From the NCBI GenBank assembly GCA_026418175.1, contig JAOABX010000001.1:68957-132956 (forward strand): a stretch of 64,000 nucleotides of DNA. Direction: 5' to 3'. The translations under genes were made by a program, and so were the position numbers. The notes under the pieces were generated by a model. It made no database searches. It worked only from the letters and a program-made list of their open reading frames with translations, and was not told where the DNA came from. Below, one piece after another: positions 19,546 through 31,206 of the stretch. The first letter of the stretch is position 1; each line of letters starts with the position of its first letter. Origin of the DNA: Flavobacteriales bacterium. GTDB taxonomy: Bacteria > Bacteroidota > Bacteroidia > CAIKAF01.

Positions 19546-20520
19546 TTATTTGATGCGGATTTTTTTACCAATTTGAAGGATGCAATTATCTTTCAATCCG
19601 TTCAGGGTACATATTTTCTTTACCGTTGTTTTATACATTAAAGATAAAGCATATAATGTATCACCTTTTTTGATGGTGTGCCAAACGGCTGATGACGTTA
19701 CAGCAGGCTTAGGGAGGGTTTCAATACCGGAAATAATGGAATTTTCAGAAATTTCTTCTCCACCCATGGGTTCATTAGTACGGGCGATGGTATAAAGGCT
19801 TGACAACGTACTGTTAGCAGTTGCTGTTGGTTGGGTTGAATATTTCCAGGGTTCAAATACAACTTCACTTAATTCCAGTTCAGTACTTTTGAGCGAACGA
19901 TTTTCATAGTCAATAAATGCAAATGGGTCTAACGGTTTGTCTTTATAACGCACTTCAAAATGTAGGTGAGGGCCTCGGCTTCTTCCAGTTGACCCGCCCA
20001 GTCCGATAACCTGGCCGGCTTTTACCGGTTGGTTGGCCTTTACATGTAGCTTAGAGAGGTGGGCATAATAGGTTTCTAATCCGTTGTAATGCCGTATGAT
20101 TACCAGATTCCCAAACCCTCCTTTGTTGTATTGGGCATACCGCACTTTTCCATTGAAAGCAGCCCGAACTGTATCGCCGGTTTGGAGGTTTATATCCAAT
20201 CCATGATGCCCTTTTTTAAATATGCTCCATAATTTACCATGTACCGGAAGGCAAAACTTTTCTTCTCCTTTTACCAGCTCCAATACATGATTATTGTTTG
20301 GGATTACCTTTTCATTTCTGTAAGCAAACGTTTGGTCAGTAACCCAATTGCATAAAAACAAATTCTCGTCAAATTGGAGGCATATCGGGTAATTAGCCGA
20401 TTCATCCATAAAAACAGCTTCTGTAAGACTTAGTTCATGCTGCGAAACAAGGACCATTGGAAATGAAAGCAACACAACCAGGCTAGTCATCCAACCACTT
20501 ATTTGGGCTGTCATTTTCAT
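19546..20520 (-). CDS. M23 peptidase with C-terminal LysM
   Basis: HHGLD, YAHLS, GPHLHFEVR; LysM HTIKKGDTLYALS. TATCTTTG promoter at 20528-20535 (-). Confidence 0.9.
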   Translation of the reverse strand: MKMTAQISGWMTSLVVLLSFPMVLVSQHELSLTEAVFMDESANYPICLQFDENLFLCNWVTDQTFAYRNEKVIPNNNHVLELVKGEEKFCLPVHGKLWSIFKKGHHGLDINLQTGDTVRAAFNGKVRYAQYNKGGFGNLVIIRHYNGLETYYAHLSKLHVKANQPVKAGQVIGLGGSTGRSRGPHLHFEVRYKDKPLDPFAFIDYENRSLKSTELELSEVVFEPWKYSTQPTATANSTLSSLYTIARTNEPMGGEEISENSIISGIETLPKPAVTSSAVWHTIKKGDTLYALSLMYKTTVKKICTLNGLKDNCILQIGKKIRIK

Positions 20521-20573
20521 GGGATGACAAAGATAGTATTTTCAGGCAAACTGCATCTGATTGAAAATCAACA

Positions 20574-21566
20574 CTATTTTTTCTTTTTCTGCTTTATTCC
20601 GTAAATATCTTTTAGGTGTAAAGTGTCGCCATTGGGTTGTATCACTTCCAGATCATATCGAAAAATAACCGGAGTGCCAATTGGAGCATTGTAATAAATT
20701 ATCCAGGCATCATGTTCAGTGGTGCCTACACAGCCATGTGAATAGGCTTTACCCAGCGTTTCCGGATTGGTGGTTGGATGAATCATGGCTCCATAACGAA
20801 TGCCGTTTATAGAAGGTTCAATCCAGGGTATGATAGGCATCAGGGTATATTTACCATCATCGCGTCGGGTTTTATCATATTTTTTTCCGGTTCGGGGGTT
20901 GATGTAAAGTGGTTCGCGGGATATCCGAACAATTTCTCCTCTTCCTATGGGGGTTTTAAGATTTACGGTACGTCCCACTACTTGCAAAAATTCATCAGCA
21001 TTTCTACCAACTCTTACGGGGCATTCTAAAATTTTTTTGCCATGTTGATAAATACGTAAGGTATATTCAGGAATATTTACATCAATAATAGTTTCCTTAA
21101 GTTTTTTTTGGATGGAAGCGGCCCAGCTACTGTCTGGCATAACCAGTTGAGAGCCTTTGCGTAACACGACTAGTTGCGTTTGGTCGTACACAAAAATTCC
21201 ACGTTCCATCATACGATAATAATCAAAAGCTTGTAAGGTGTCAATAATCCATGGGTTAGCATGAACTATGATGTACTCATTGGGCTTATATTTAAGAAGT
21301 TGGATATCGGCGGCAGCAACAATTGAGTCCATAAATTGGAAGTATTTTTTAACTCGAACATCGTATCCTACTTCAATGGTATAAGCAATAGAATCGCGAT
21401 TGGATGATGAATTGCTATTGATAATTGAAATGACGTTACTATTTTCTGAATCTAACGGTTGACGAGTAACATGTATGGTTGGTGATATTGTAGGCTTTTT
21501 AGACTCTCCAGAATTACAAGACAATCCCAGTATTACAATTGTAATAAAAATAACAACTTTTATCAT
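20574..21566 (-). CDS. L,D-transpeptidase (YkuD) lipoprotein
   Basis: Lipobox LGLSC; IDVNIPEYTL, KTPIG, IHPT...GKAYSHGCV. Confidence 0.88.
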   Translation of the reverse strand: MIKVVIFITIVILGLSCNSGESKKPTISPTIHVTRQPLDSENSNVISIINSNSSSNRDSIAYTIEVGYDVRVKKYFQFMDSIVAAADIQLLKYKPNEYIIVHANPWIIDTLQAFDYYRMMERGIFVYDQTQLVVLRKGSQLVMPDSSWAASIQKKLKETIIDVNIPEYTLRIYQHGKKILECPVRVGRNADEFLQVVGRTVNLKTPIGRGEIVRISREPLYINPRTGKKYDKTRRDDGKYTLMPIIPWIEPSINGIRYGAMIHPTTNPETLGKAYSHGCVGTTEHDAWIIYYNAPIGTPVIFRYDLEVIQPNGDTLHLKDIYGIKQKKKK

Positions 21567-21726
21567 ATAGCAAATATACTTTGTATTTGTTCGTTAGTCA
21601 TTTAGTCAGAAAAAAGAAATTTAAAATCTGTTGTAATTAGGAATATAAAGCTTTTGTATGAAAGTTTAAAAATTTTGAAGTGGATAGGAATGGTTCGAAA
21701 AGTAGATATTTGATGTAAATTTTTTT

Positions 21727-22410
21727 ATGAATTTTAAGGAGGAAGACATTCTTTTTGAAGACAACCATTTGATTATGGTGAATAAAAAAGCTGGCCAGAT
21801 TGTGCAAGGGGATAAAACCGGTGATATGCCTTTGAGCGAAATGGTAAAAATGTTTTTAAAAAATAAATATGCCAAACCAGGCAATGTGTTTTGCGGAGTG
21901 GTACATCGCTTGGATAGACCGGTAAGCGGGGTGGTAGTATTTGCTAAAACCAGCAAAGCATTGAGCCGCATGAATGCATTGTTTAGAGAACGAGCAACGC
22001 AAAAAATTTATTGGGCGGTGGTACGGGGTGTCCCTGATTTATTGGAAAACGAATTGCATCATTACCTAGTTAAAAATGAACGGCTTAACAAATCGTTTGT
22101 AACACATCCTGGAACGAAGGGTGCTTTGGAATGCCGATTGCGTTATAAATTGTTAAAATCAGCCAACAGGTATAGTTTACTTGAAGTTTTGCCGTTAACA
22201 GGCAGGCATCATCAAATTCGTGTGCAGTTAGCAGCTAATGGCACGCCGATTGTTGGTGATGTGAAGTACGGAGATCGCAGAGCCAATGAGGATCAGTCCA
22301 TCTGCCTGCATGCACGTAAATTGATTTTCATGCATCCTGTAACAAAAGATCCACTCGAAGTAGAGGCTCCTTTGCCTGATCAGAAGTACTGGAACATATT
22401 TAAAGAATAG
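21727..22410 (+). CDS. RluA-family pseudouridine synthase
   Basis: VNKKAG, VHRLDRPVSG, TGRHHQIRVQL, LHA. Confidence 0.94.
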   Translation: MNFKEEDILFEDNHLIMVNKKAGQIVQGDKTGDMPLSEMVKMFLKNKYAKPGNVFCGVVHRLDRPVSGVVVFAKTSKALSRMNALFRERATQKIYWAVVRGVPDLLENELHHYLVKNERLNKSFVTHPGTKGALECRLRYKLLKSANRYSLLEVLPLTGRHHQIRVQLAANGTPIVGDVKYGDRRANEDQSICLHARKLIFMHPVTKDPLEVEAPLPDQKYWNIFKE

Positions 22411-22452
22411 GAAATTATTGTACATTCGCAATCCAATTTTGAATTTAAATAG

Positions 22453-23055
22453 ATGCACATGAAAAATAAAGTAATGATTGCCCTGGGAGTAGTTGCTGTA
22501 GGTTTAATGGCAGCTTCTAAAATTGATACGGATTCCAAAAAGTTTGGTTATGTAAACTCTATGGAAATTCTAACAGCAATGCCAGAGATGAAAACGGTAG
22601 AGGCCGACTTGGAAGCATATGGAAAAGAACTGGATGCCGATTACCAAAAAATGGTTGATGAATATAAGAAAAAAGTTACCGAATACCAGAAAAAAGAGAA
22701 AGAATGGAGTGATGCTATGAAGCAGGTTAAGCAAGAAGAGTTAATCCAAGATGAGCAACGCCTGCAAAAAACTCAACAAGTGTTTGAGGATGAACTGATG
22801 GAAAAACAGCAAAAACTTTTGGCTCCTTTGATTTCAAAAATAGAAACGGCCATCAATGATGTAGCCAAAGAAAAGGGATTAAGTTATGTATTTGATACTA
22901 GTAAAGGCATGTTGCTATATGCCGACCAACAAGATGATATTACAAAAGAAGTAAAAGAAAAATTAAAAATTCCTACTGAATCGAAAACCGGGGCTACCAG
23001 TAGTGGAGGTGATAAAACAGGTACTAAAACAGAGTCCACTACACCTAAGAAATAA
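22453..23055 (+). CDS. OmpH/Skp chaperone
   Basis: Signal peptide, KFGYVNS.EIL..MPE, coiled coil, VAKEKGLSYVFD, DDIT. Confidence 0.88.
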   Translation: MHMKNKVMIALGVVAVGLMAASKIDTDSKKFGYVNSMEILTAMPEMKTVEADLEAYGKELDADYQKMVDEYKKKVTEYQKKEKEWSDAMKQVKQEELIQDEQRLQKTQQVFEDELMEKQQKLLAPLISKIETAINDVAKEKGLSYVFDTSKGMLLYADQQDDITKEVKEKLKIPTESKTGATSSGGDKTGTKTESTTPKK

Positions 23056-23074
23056 ATTTTATCGAATAATGACG

Positions 23075-23103
23075 AATAGCAGGTTGTTTAACCTGCTATT
23101 TTT
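23075..23103 (+). terminator. Intrinsic terminator
   Basis: AATAGCAGGTT-GTTT-AACCTGCTATT plus T-tract. Confidence 0.75.
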
Positions 23104-23129
23104 GTTTTTTAAAGCATATAAAACATAGC

Positions 23130-25280
23130 ATGATGAAAAAAATTGTTTCTTTTCTGTTGCAAATCATACTTACGTGGAACCTCTTTGCCCAAAAAGATAT
23201 TACTTTGGAAGATATCTGGTTAAAGTACAGCTATTCTGCCAAGGGAGTATATGGCTGGAGAAGCATGAAAGATGGGTTACATTATACGGTTAAACAAGGA
23301 AATAAAATTGTAAAATACGATTACAATACCGGAACGGTAAAACAAGAATGGACATTTACAGTGGGAGGCAAAGAGTTGGAGTTTAGTGATTATACCTTTA
23401 GCGCTGATGAGAAGAAAATATTGCTCTCTGCCGAATCTGAGCCTATATATCGTTATTCCAGCCTGGATAAAAACTATGTATATGAAATAGAAAATGATCG
23501 TTTATTTGAGCTTGATGAAGGAGGAAAGCAGCAAAATGCACATTTTTCGAAGGATGGAAGTAAGATAGCGTATTTAAAGGCAAACAATATTTTTTTTAAA
23601 GAGTTAAGTACAGGCCACTTAACGCAGGTAACTACTGATGGGCACAAAAATCATGTGATAAATGGAGGATCGGATTGGGTATATGAAGAAGAATTTGCAA
23701 TTGTACGGGCGTTTGAGTGGAGTCCGGATGAAAACTATATTGCCTTTTTACGTTTTGATGAAACCGATGTGCCTCTGTTTGAAATGGCTATGTTTGAAGG
23801 CCGTTTATACCCCAAGGATTATGAATTCAAATATCCTAAAGTAGGAGAGAAAAATTCTGTGGTTACATTGCATTTATACAATTTAGCTTCACAACAATCA
23901 CAAAAAATTGAATTAGGCAGCGCATATGAATACATCCCGCGTTTAGGCTGGACCCCGGATGGAAAAATCTATGCAATAACGATGAACCGATTGCAAAATG
24001 AATTAAAGTTTCTTCTTGTGGATCCAAATAATTTACAATCCAAAGTATTATTTACAGAAAACCGAGATACATATATTGAAATACATGATCATTTCCGGTT
24101 TTTTAACGGAGGTAAAACATTGCTATGGACCAGCGAACAAGATGGATTTAATCATATTTACCTTATAGATGTAGCTTCAGGAAAACAAACGCAAGTTACC
24201 CGCGGTAATTGGGAAGTAACCGAAGTATATGGCGTAGATGAAAAAAATAAATTGATTTATTATGAATCAACAGAAGTATCTCCTTTACAGCGTCAAACAT
24301 TTGCTATAAGCTTAGATGGAAAAAAGAAAAACAGAATTACTCCATTGGCCGGTGTAAACAAAGTGCAGTTTTCTGATGGATTTAAGTACATGCTTTGTAA
24401 TACGTCGCAAGCCGGCAAGCCTCCTGTTTTTTCTTTGTGCGATAATAAAGGAAATGTAATTCGGGTACTTGAAGAAAATAAAACGCTTCAGGAAAAATTA
24501 GAAGCATTGGCCCTGAATAAGCCAGAGTTTTTTTCATTTAAAAATTCTACCGGTACTGATTTGAACGGCTATATGATTAAACCTCGCGGGTTTGATCCCA
24601 ATAAAAAATATCCGGTATTCATGTTTGTATATGGCGGGCCTGGATCGCAACAGGTGATGGATCAGTGGGGAGGAAGCAATTACTTGTGGTTTCAAATGTT
24701 GGCTCAGCAAGGATATATGATAGCTTGTGTGGATAATCGGGGTACAGGGGGACGAGGCCGTGCATTTAGAGATTGCACATACAAGCAGTTAGGAAAATTA
24801 GAAACTGATGACCAAATCGATGCTGCCCGCTACTTAGCTTCTTTACCGTATGTGGATGCAGGAAGGATTGGAATTTTTGGATGGAGTTATGGCGGATATA
24901 TGAGCAGTTTATGCATAACTCGTGGAGCTGACGTATTTAAGGCTGCCATTGCTGTTGCACCGGTTACTAACTGGAAATTTTACGACAGTATTTATACTGA
25001 ACGGTACATGGGAACCAAAGAAAGTAATCCGGAGGGATATGATGCCAATGCCCCGATGGCATTTGCTGAAAAGTTGAAAGGAAATTATTTATTAATTCAC
25101 GGTACTGCCGATGATAATGTACATTGGCAAAATACGGCAGAAATGATTCGCGCCTTGGTTAAGGCCGGGAAGCAATTTGAGCAATTTATATATCCCGATA
25201 AAAATCATGGAATATATGGTGGCAATACCCGCTATCATCTTTATACCTTAATGACAGACTTTTTAAAAAGAAAATTGTAA
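23130..25280 (+). CDS. Dipeptidyl peptidase IV (S9B)
   Basis: DWVYEEE, YGGPGSQ, GWSYGG, HGTADDNVH, YPDKNH. Confidence 0.95.
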   Translation: MMKKIVSFLLQIILTWNLFAQKDITLEDIWLKYSYSAKGVYGWRSMKDGLHYTVKQGNKIVKYDYNTGTVKQEWTFTVGGKELEFSDYTFSADEKKILLSAESEPIYRYSSLDKNYVYEIENDRLFELDEGGKQQNAHFSKDGSKIAYLKANNIFFKELSTGHLTQVTTDGHKNHVINGGSDWVYEEEFAIVRAFEWSPDENYIAFLRFDETDVPLFEMAMFEGRLYPKDYEFKYPKVGEKNSVVTLHLYNLASQQSQKIELGSAYEYIPRLGWTPDGKIYAITMNRLQNELKFLLVDPNNLQSKVLFTENRDTYIEIHDHFRFFNGGKTLLWTSEQDGFNHIYLIDVASGKQTQVTRGNWEVTEVYGVDEKNKLIYYESTEVSPLQRQTFAISLDGKKKNRITPLAGVNKVQFSDGFKYMLCNTSQAGKPPVFSLCDNKGNVIRVLEENKTLQEKLEALALNKPEFFSFKNSTGTDLNGYMIKPRGFDPNKKYPVFMFVYGGPGSQQVMDQWGGSNYLWFQMLAQQGYMIACVDNRGTGGRGRAFRDCTYKQLGKLETDDQIDAARYLASLPYVDAGRIGIFGWSYGGYMSSLCITRGADVFKAAIAVAPVTNWKFYDSIYTERYMGTKESNPEGYDANAPMAFAEKLKGNYLLIHGTADDNVHWQNTAEMIRALVKAGKQFEQFIYPDKNHGIYGGNTRYHLYTLMTDFLKRKL

Positions 25281-25349
25281 AAGCATTTCTTCCGGTTTGT
25301 TGCCTGAATATTATTTTTACATTAGCTAAAATAATTTAATCATTTACCC

Positions 25350-27242
25350 ATGACAGAAACTGTAGCCAAAGGACATCCGAAGGGGTTATATCTCCTGTAC
25401 TTTACTGAAATGTGGGAACGTTTCAGTTATTATGGTATGCGGGCCATTTTTACTTTATATATGGTAAATGCCCTTGTATTTGATAAAGCATTGGCTTCAA
25501 AAATATACGGTAGTTATACCGGCTTGGTTTATCTTACTCCCTTGTTGGGTGGGTACATTGCAGACCGTTACTGGGGAAATCGTAAGTCAATCATATTTGG
25601 TGGATTGCTGATGGCTATTGGTCAGTTTTTTATGTTTTTCAGCGGATCAATGTACACTGACCCAGATACCGCAAAGCTGGTTATGTATGGAGGCTTGGGT
25701 TTTTTAATTTTTGGCAATGGTTTTTTCAAACCCAACATTTCTACTATGGTAGGCCAATTGTATAAGCCAGGTGATTCAAGGGTTGATTCAGCATTTACCA
25801 TTTTTTATCAAGGAATTAATTTAGGTGCACTTATGGCACCATTGGTATGTGGTGGTTTGGGCGAACAGTACGATGCCAATGGATTGATTATTCCATCGCA
25901 ATTTAAATATGGATTTTTGGCAGCCGCCATTGGCATGTTGCTGAGTTTGTTTGCATTTGTTTGGCTTAAAAATAAATTTATCGTAACGCCTGATGGCCAA
26001 CCCGTAGGAATGCCCCCCAAACAAGCCTATAATCGCCAGGATGAGCAATCGGAACCCAAAGCCAAAATAAACCCTTTGAAAATTGTTTTGGCAGTGGTTG
26101 GTTGGATTGGATTGTTTGCCGGTTTTTATTTTGGAATGCACCTTGATGAAATTGGTGCCATGATTTTCTCTACCTGTTTGGTGCTACCTGTAATGATTAT
26201 TTCAGATACTTCATTAACTACGGTAGAGCGTGACCGCATTTTGGTAATTTATATCATTGCTTTTTTCGTAATCTTTTTCTGGTCGGCATTTGAACAGGCC
26301 GGCGCATCACTTACTTTCTTTGCACAGGAGCAAACTAACCGAAATTTGTTTGGTTGGAACATGCCTGCTTCGTTTTTCCAAATCTTCAACGCAATGTTTA
26401 TAGTAATTCTAGCTCCTGTGGCTGTTTCTGTATGGTCGTTTTTAGCTGCTCGGGGTAAAGAACCCTCATCCCCGGTGAAACAAGCCATGGGGCTTGGATT
26501 TTTGGCTTTGGGGTATTTATTTATTGCTTGGGGAGTAAACGGCATTCAGCCTTGGGACAAAGTAAGCATGATTTGGTTGGTTGGCTTGTATCTTATTCAT
26601 ACCATTGGTGAATTATGCCTGTCTCCCATTGGACTTTCTATGGTAGTAAAGCTTGCTCCGGTGCGGTTTGTATCGCTGCTGATGGGGGTTTGGTTTATGA
26701 GTACTGCTACAGCTAACAAATTTGCAGGCGATTTAAGTGCCTTATATCCCGAAGAAGTAAAGATTGAAAATGTTGTAACTGCCGACACTGCCATGATTGA
26801 AATGGTTAAAGCCAATGAACTGGGGGAGAATATTTGGAACTTGTCTGTTAAAGAAAATGCTGCTATTCCAAGTGTTAAAGTGGCATTTGATACTAAGAGC
26901 ATTACTTCGATGGAACCTACCGGTGGAACGAATGAAATTTCCATGTATTCGTTGAAGCTGATTAAAACAGCAAATCCTAATTTCTCAAAAGCTTTAATGA
27001 GTGATGATGGGAATTATATTTTAGGTTATAAGCAGGTAGAAATAAAAAAAGGAAAACAAGTTACCTATGAAGATCGCATTGAAATCTGGAACCTTCATCC
27101 CAAGAAACCTTCATTCCTGGGAATGCAGATTAATACCTTGTATGATTTCTTTATGATTTTTGTTTATATGGCCGGTGCAGCTGCAGTAATTCTATTTGTT
27201 ATTCACAAATGGTTGCTGAAAAAGATGCACGGTATCAGATAA
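25350..27242 (+). CDS. POT/PTR proton-peptide symporter with a large insertion before the last TM
   Basis: EMWERFSYYGMR, GFFKPNIS, FYQGINLG, FWSAFEQAG, GELCLSPIGLS. Confidence 0.93.
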   Translation: MTETVAKGHPKGLYLLYFTEMWERFSYYGMRAIFTLYMVNALVFDKALASKIYGSYTGLVYLTPLLGGYIADRYWGNRKSIIFGGLLMAIGQFFMFFSGSMYTDPDTAKLVMYGGLGFLIFGNGFFKPNISTMVGQLYKPGDSRVDSAFTIFYQGINLGALMAPLVCGGLGEQYDANGLIIPSQFKYGFLAAAIGMLLSLFAFVWLKNKFIVTPDGQPVGMPPKQAYNRQDEQSEPKAKINPLKIVLAVVGWIGLFAGFYFGMHLDEIGAMIFSTCLVLPVMIISDTSLTTVERDRILVIYIIAFFVIFFWSAFEQAGASLTFFAQEQTNRNLFGWNMPASFFQIFNAMFIVILAPVAVSVWSFLAARGKEPSSPVKQAMGLGFLALGYLFIAWGVNGIQPWDKVSMIWLVGLYLIHTIGELCLSPIGLSMVVKLAPVRFVSLLMGVWFMSTATANKFAGDLSALYPEEVKIENVVTADTAMIEMVKANELGENIWNLSVKENAAIPSVKVAFDTKSITSMEPTGGTNEISMYSLKLIKTANPNFSKALMSDDGNYILGYKQVEIKKGKQVTYEDRIEIWNLHPKKPSFLGMQINTLYDFFMIFVYMAGAAAVILFVIHKWLLKKMHGIR

Positions 27243-27258
27243 TTTTTATTCAAGATTG

Positions 27259-27282
27259 GCGCCCCAAAAGGGCGCTTTTTTT
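27259..27282 (+). terminator. Intrinsic terminator
   Basis: GCGCCC-CAAAA-GGGCGC-T7. Confidence 0.75.
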
Positions 27283-27293
27283 ATTTTAAAAAT

Positions 27294-28823
27294 ATGAATA
27301 CTGTTTCTGAAAAAAAGAATTTTATCGACCGCTTTCTTTCTGTCATTGAACGAATAGGAAATGCGCTGCCACACCCGGCTTCGCTGTTTGCTATTTTTGC
27401 TGCACTGGTAATCATTCTATCATGGGTTTTCAGTGCTATGGGAGTAGAAGTGGTGCATCCCGGTACCGGAAAAACCATTGCAGTTTTTAATTTAATTTCC
27501 GTGGAAGGATTACACATGATCCTTACCAAAACTGTTTCCAATTTCACCGGATTTGCTCCCTTAGGTACAGTTTTAGTTGCCTTATTAGGGATTGGTATTG
27601 CCGAAGGTACCGGATTGATAGGAACGGTACTTCGTTTGATTGTAAATTCTTCTCCCAAACGCATTCTTACCGTTGTAATTGTATTTGCCGGAGTTATTTC
27701 AAATACGGCTAGTGAAGTAGGATATGTATTACTTGTTCCGTTAAGTGCTGTGATTTTTTTGGCAGTTGGACGTCATCCTATTGCTGGGCTGGCAGCGGCG
27801 TTTGCCGGTGTTTCGGGGGGGTACAGTGCTAATTTATTATTGGGTACTATTGACCCATTGCTTGCTGGATTATCAGAAGAAGCTGCCCGCATTATTGACC
27901 CGAATTACAAAGTTAATCCTGCGTGCAACTATTATTTCATGGCGGTTTCTACCTTTCTAATTACAGCATTAGGCACTTTTGTAACTGAACGAATTATTGA
28001 ACTTAGGTTAGGCAAATATCAAGGTAATGAAAAACCGGAGGAATTACGCCCCTTAACCAAAGAAGAAAAAAGAGGACTCTTGTATGCTTTTCTTACTGTA
28101 ATAGGGTTTACTGCTTTTGTATTAGCAGGCCTAATTCCTTCCAATGGATTTTTGCGTAACCCCGAAGACGGTGATATATTACATTCACCGTTTATGTCGG
28201 GCATTGTAACGCTTTTGTTTATTTCTGCTTCGTTGGCGGGTATTTCATATGGTTTGGGAGCCGGTACAGTTAAAAATGATGCAGATGTAATGAAAGGGAT
28301 GGCAAAATCTATGGAAACACTGGGGTCATACATTGTTTTGGTGTTTTTTGCATCGCAATTTGTGGCGTATTTCAACTGGACAAATTTGGGACTGATTGCT
28401 GCAGTAAACGGAGCCGAAATCCTAAAATCTTCCGGCCTTGGCCCTATTCCTCTCATGATTGCTTTTATACTTGTGGCTGCAACCATCAATTTAGTAATGG
28501 GTAGTGCATCGGCCAAATGGGCCATCATGGCCCCAGTGTTTATTCCTATGTTTATGTTGTTGGGATATTCTCCAGAATTTACACAGGTAGCTTACCGAAT
28601 AGGCGATAGTGTAACCAATATCATTTCTCCCATGATGTCGTATTTTGCGTTGATTGTGGCATTTATGCAACGCTATGATAAACAGGCCGGCATGGGTACC
28701 ATTATTTCAACCATGATTCCATATTCATTTATATTTTTAATTGGCTGGACACTGCTATTTATTGTTTGGATCATAGCTGACCTTCCTTTGGGCTTTGGTG
28801 CAGGCATGTATCTGCCTCAATAA
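27294..28823 (+). CDS. AbgT-family transporter
   Basis: [43 protein letters not shown]. Confidence 0.95.
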   Translation: MNTVSEKKNFIDRFLSVIERIGNALPHPASLFAIFAALVIILSWVFSAMGVEVVHPGTGKTIAVFNLISVEGLHMILTKTVSNFTGFAPLGTVLVALLGIGIAEGTGLIGTVLRLIVNSSPKRILTVVIVFAGVISNTASEVGYVLLVPLSAVIFLAVGRHPIAGLAAAFAGVSGGYSANLLLGTIDPLLAGLSEEAARIIDPNYKVNPACNYYFMAVSTFLITALGTFVTERIIELRLGKYQGNEKPEELRPLTKEEKRGLLYAFLTVIGFTAFVLAGLIPSNGFLRNPEDGDILHSPFMSGIVTLLFISASLAGISYGLGAGTVKNDADVMKGMAKSMETLGSYIVLVFFASQFVAYFNWTNLGLIAAVNGAEILKSSGLGPIPLMIAFILVAATINLVMGSASAKWAIMAPVFIPMFMLLGYSPEFTQVAYRIGDSVTNIISPMMSYFALIVAFMQRYDKQAGMGTIISTMIPYSFIFLIGWTLLFIVWIIADLPLGFGAGMYLPQ

Positions 28824-28936
28824 TTGGGCAATTTTTAGTATTACTATTCAACCTTTCTTTGACAAAAAAACTATGTTGTATGGTTTTGTAATTACAAAAT
28901 GTTGTGATAGTAATGATACCAAATACAGCTAAAGCC

Positions 28937-30724
28937 TTAATCTAACTTTAATACTGCCAGAAACGCTTGCTGAGGTATTTCTACACTGCCTACTTGCCGC
29001 ATGCGTTTCTTTCCTTCTTTTTGTTTTTCGAGTAATTTGCGTTTCCGTGAAATGTCCCCGCCGTAGCATTTTGCTGTAACGTCTTTACGAAGTGCTTTAA
29101 TTGTTTCACGAGCTATGATTTTAGCTCCAATGGCAGCCTGAATAGGAATTTCAAATTGTTGCCGAGGGATTAGTTCTTTTAACTTTTCACACATTTTTTT
29201 ACCGAAATCATAGGCATTATCGCGGTGTATTAGTGCTGAAAGTGCATCAACCTGTTCGCCATTAAGCAGGATATCTAACTTCACCAAATCACTTTTACGG
29301 TATTCTAGCGGATGATAATCGAATGAAGCATATCCTTTGGAAATGGTTTTTAATTTATCGTAAAAGTCAAATACAATTTCTGCCAAAGGCATTTCAAAAG
29401 TAAGCTCAACCCTATCTTGTGTGAGGTAGTGCTGGTTTTTTAAAATTCCTCGCTTGTTGATGCACAATGTCATGATGGGGCCTACAAATTCAGATTTAGT
29501 TATAATTTGTGCTTTGATATAAGGTTCTTCCACATAATCTAATTTCGTTGCATCAGGCAGTTCAGAGGGATTATTTACGATTATTTTTTCCCCTTTTTTA
29601 GTATATGCAATGTAAGAAACGTTTGGAACGGTTGTAATAACCGTCATTTTAAATTCACGCTCCAGGCGTTCTTGAATAATTTCCATGTGTAACATGCCTA
29701 AAAAGCCGCATCGAAATCCAAAACCTAAAGCAGCCGATGATTCCGGTTCCCAAGTAAGCGAAGCATCGTTGAGTTGTAATTTTTCCATGGATGCTCGAAG
29801 TTCTTCAAAGTCTTCCGTATCAACCGGATAAATTCCAGCAAAAACCATGGGTTTCACTTCTTCAAATCCTTTGATTGCTTCGGTGCAGGGGCGATTTACA
29901 TGGGTTATTGTATCGCCAACTTTTACTTCGCGGGCCGACTTTATCCCGGAAACAATATAACCTACATTACCAGCTCTAATCTCTGGTCGTGGATCTAAAT
30001 CTAATTTTAAAACACCTACCTCATCAGCATCATATTCGCTTCCGGTAGCCATAAATTTTACTTTATCTCCCTTGCGGATTACACCATTTATTACACGATA
30101 GTATGCTATGATACCACGAAATGGATTGAAAACCGAATCAAAAATCAAAGCTTGTAGAGGAGCATTTTCATCTCCTTGGGGTGCAGGGATTCGTTGAATA
30201 ATGGCTTCCAAGATTTGTTCTACCCCCATTCCGGTCTTTCCGCTGGCAGGGATGATATCTTCCCGCTTGCATCCAATCAGCTCAACAATTTGATCTTTTA
30301 CTTCTTCGGGCATGGCACTGGGTAGGTCCATTTTATTTAGAATAGGAATGATTTCCAAATCATGCTCAATGGCCAGATACAGATTTGAAATGGTTTGAGC
30401 CTGAATGCCCTGTGAAGCATCAACAATCAGTAGCGCGCCTTCGCAGGCAGCAATGGAACGGGATACTTCGTATGAAAAGTCAACGTGGCCGGGGGTATCA
30501 ATCAGATTCAGAAAATATTTTTCACCTTGATAGGTATATTCCATCTGAATTGCCTTGCTCTTAATAGTAATACCTCGTTCGCGCTCCAGATCCATATCAT
30601 CCAGCACTTGTGCTTTTAAGTCGCGGTCGCTGATGGTTTTGGTGTATTGAAGCAATCGGTCGGCCAAGGTACTCTTACCATGGTCAATATGGGCGATAAT
30701 ACAAAAATTGCGTATGTTTTTCAT
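28937..30724 (-). CDS. lepA: Elongation factor 4
   Basis: [57 protein letters not shown] promoter at 30761-30768 (-). Confidence 0.98.
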   Translation of the reverse strand: MKNIRNFCIIAHIDHGKSTLADRLLQYTKTISDRDLKAQVLDDMDLERERGITIKSKAIQMEYTYQGEKYFLNLIDTPGHVDFSYEVSRSIAACEGALLIVDASQGIQAQTISNLYLAIEHDLEIIPILNKMDLPSAMPEEVKDQIVELIGCKREDIIPASGKTGMGVEQILEAIIQRIPAPQGDENAPLQALIFDSVFNPFRGIIAYYRVINGVIRKGDKVKFMATGSEYDADEVGVLKLDLDPRPEIRAGNVGYIVSGIKSAREVKVGDTITHVNRPCTEAIKGFEEVKPMVFAGIYPVDTEDFEELRASMEKLQLNDASLTWEPESSAALGFGFRCGFLGMLHMEIIQERLEREFKMTVITTVPNVSYIAYTKKGEKIIVNNPSELPDATKLDYVEEPYIKAQIITKSEFVGPIMTLCINKRGILKNQHYLTQDRVELTFEMPLAEIVFDFYDKLKTISKGYASFDYHPLEYRKSDLVKLDILLNGEQVDALSALIHRDNAYDFGKKMCEKLKELIPRQQFEIPIQAAIGAKIIARETIKALRKDVTAKCYGGDISRKRKLLEKQKEGKKRMRQVGSVEIPQQAFLAVLKLD

Positions 30725-30803
30725 TATGTTTAAGCAATAGCAAATTCAAAGAATATGTTACAAAATTAACAAGACTGCACGCAATCACAAGTGATTTAAA
30801 AAT

Positions 30804-30835
30804 AAAAACCAATGAACGTGTAAGGCTCATTGGCT
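30804..30835 (-). terminator. Orphan minus-strand terminator upstream of the lepA promoter
   Basis: AGCCAATGAGC-CTTACAC-GTTCATTGGTT-TTT; the mismatches are G-U pairs only on the minus strand. Confidence 0.6.
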
Positions 30836-31154
30836 TTTTGGAGTTGGATGGTTTAACTTTAAAACACTTCCATGAAAAAACTTTTACTGTTGCAATGAAA
30901 TTGAATACTCTTCAGAGGTTTTCAGTTACTCAAATGTAACAGGTTAATTGATTGACATAGGGCGAATTTTGCAATGTTATCTGGCCATATATATGAAATA
31001 AAATTGTATAAAAAAGCTATAGTCAATACTGATTTTTGTTTTGTTCATATCTATAAATTTTTATATAAACATTATACATATAAAAATTGAACACGATGTA
31101 TTTTTACGAACTAGCCTTTTGATTTTACAAATTATTGATTTGAGTTTTCATAAA

Positions 31155-31187
31155 TAAAAATCCCTCAACCTTGAGGTGAGGGATTTT
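31155..31187 (-). terminator. Terminator of 31207-32364
   Basis: AAAATCCCTCA...TGAGGGATTTT inverted repeat. Confidence 0.75.
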
Positions 31188-31206
31188 ACTATGAAAACAC
31201 TACTTG

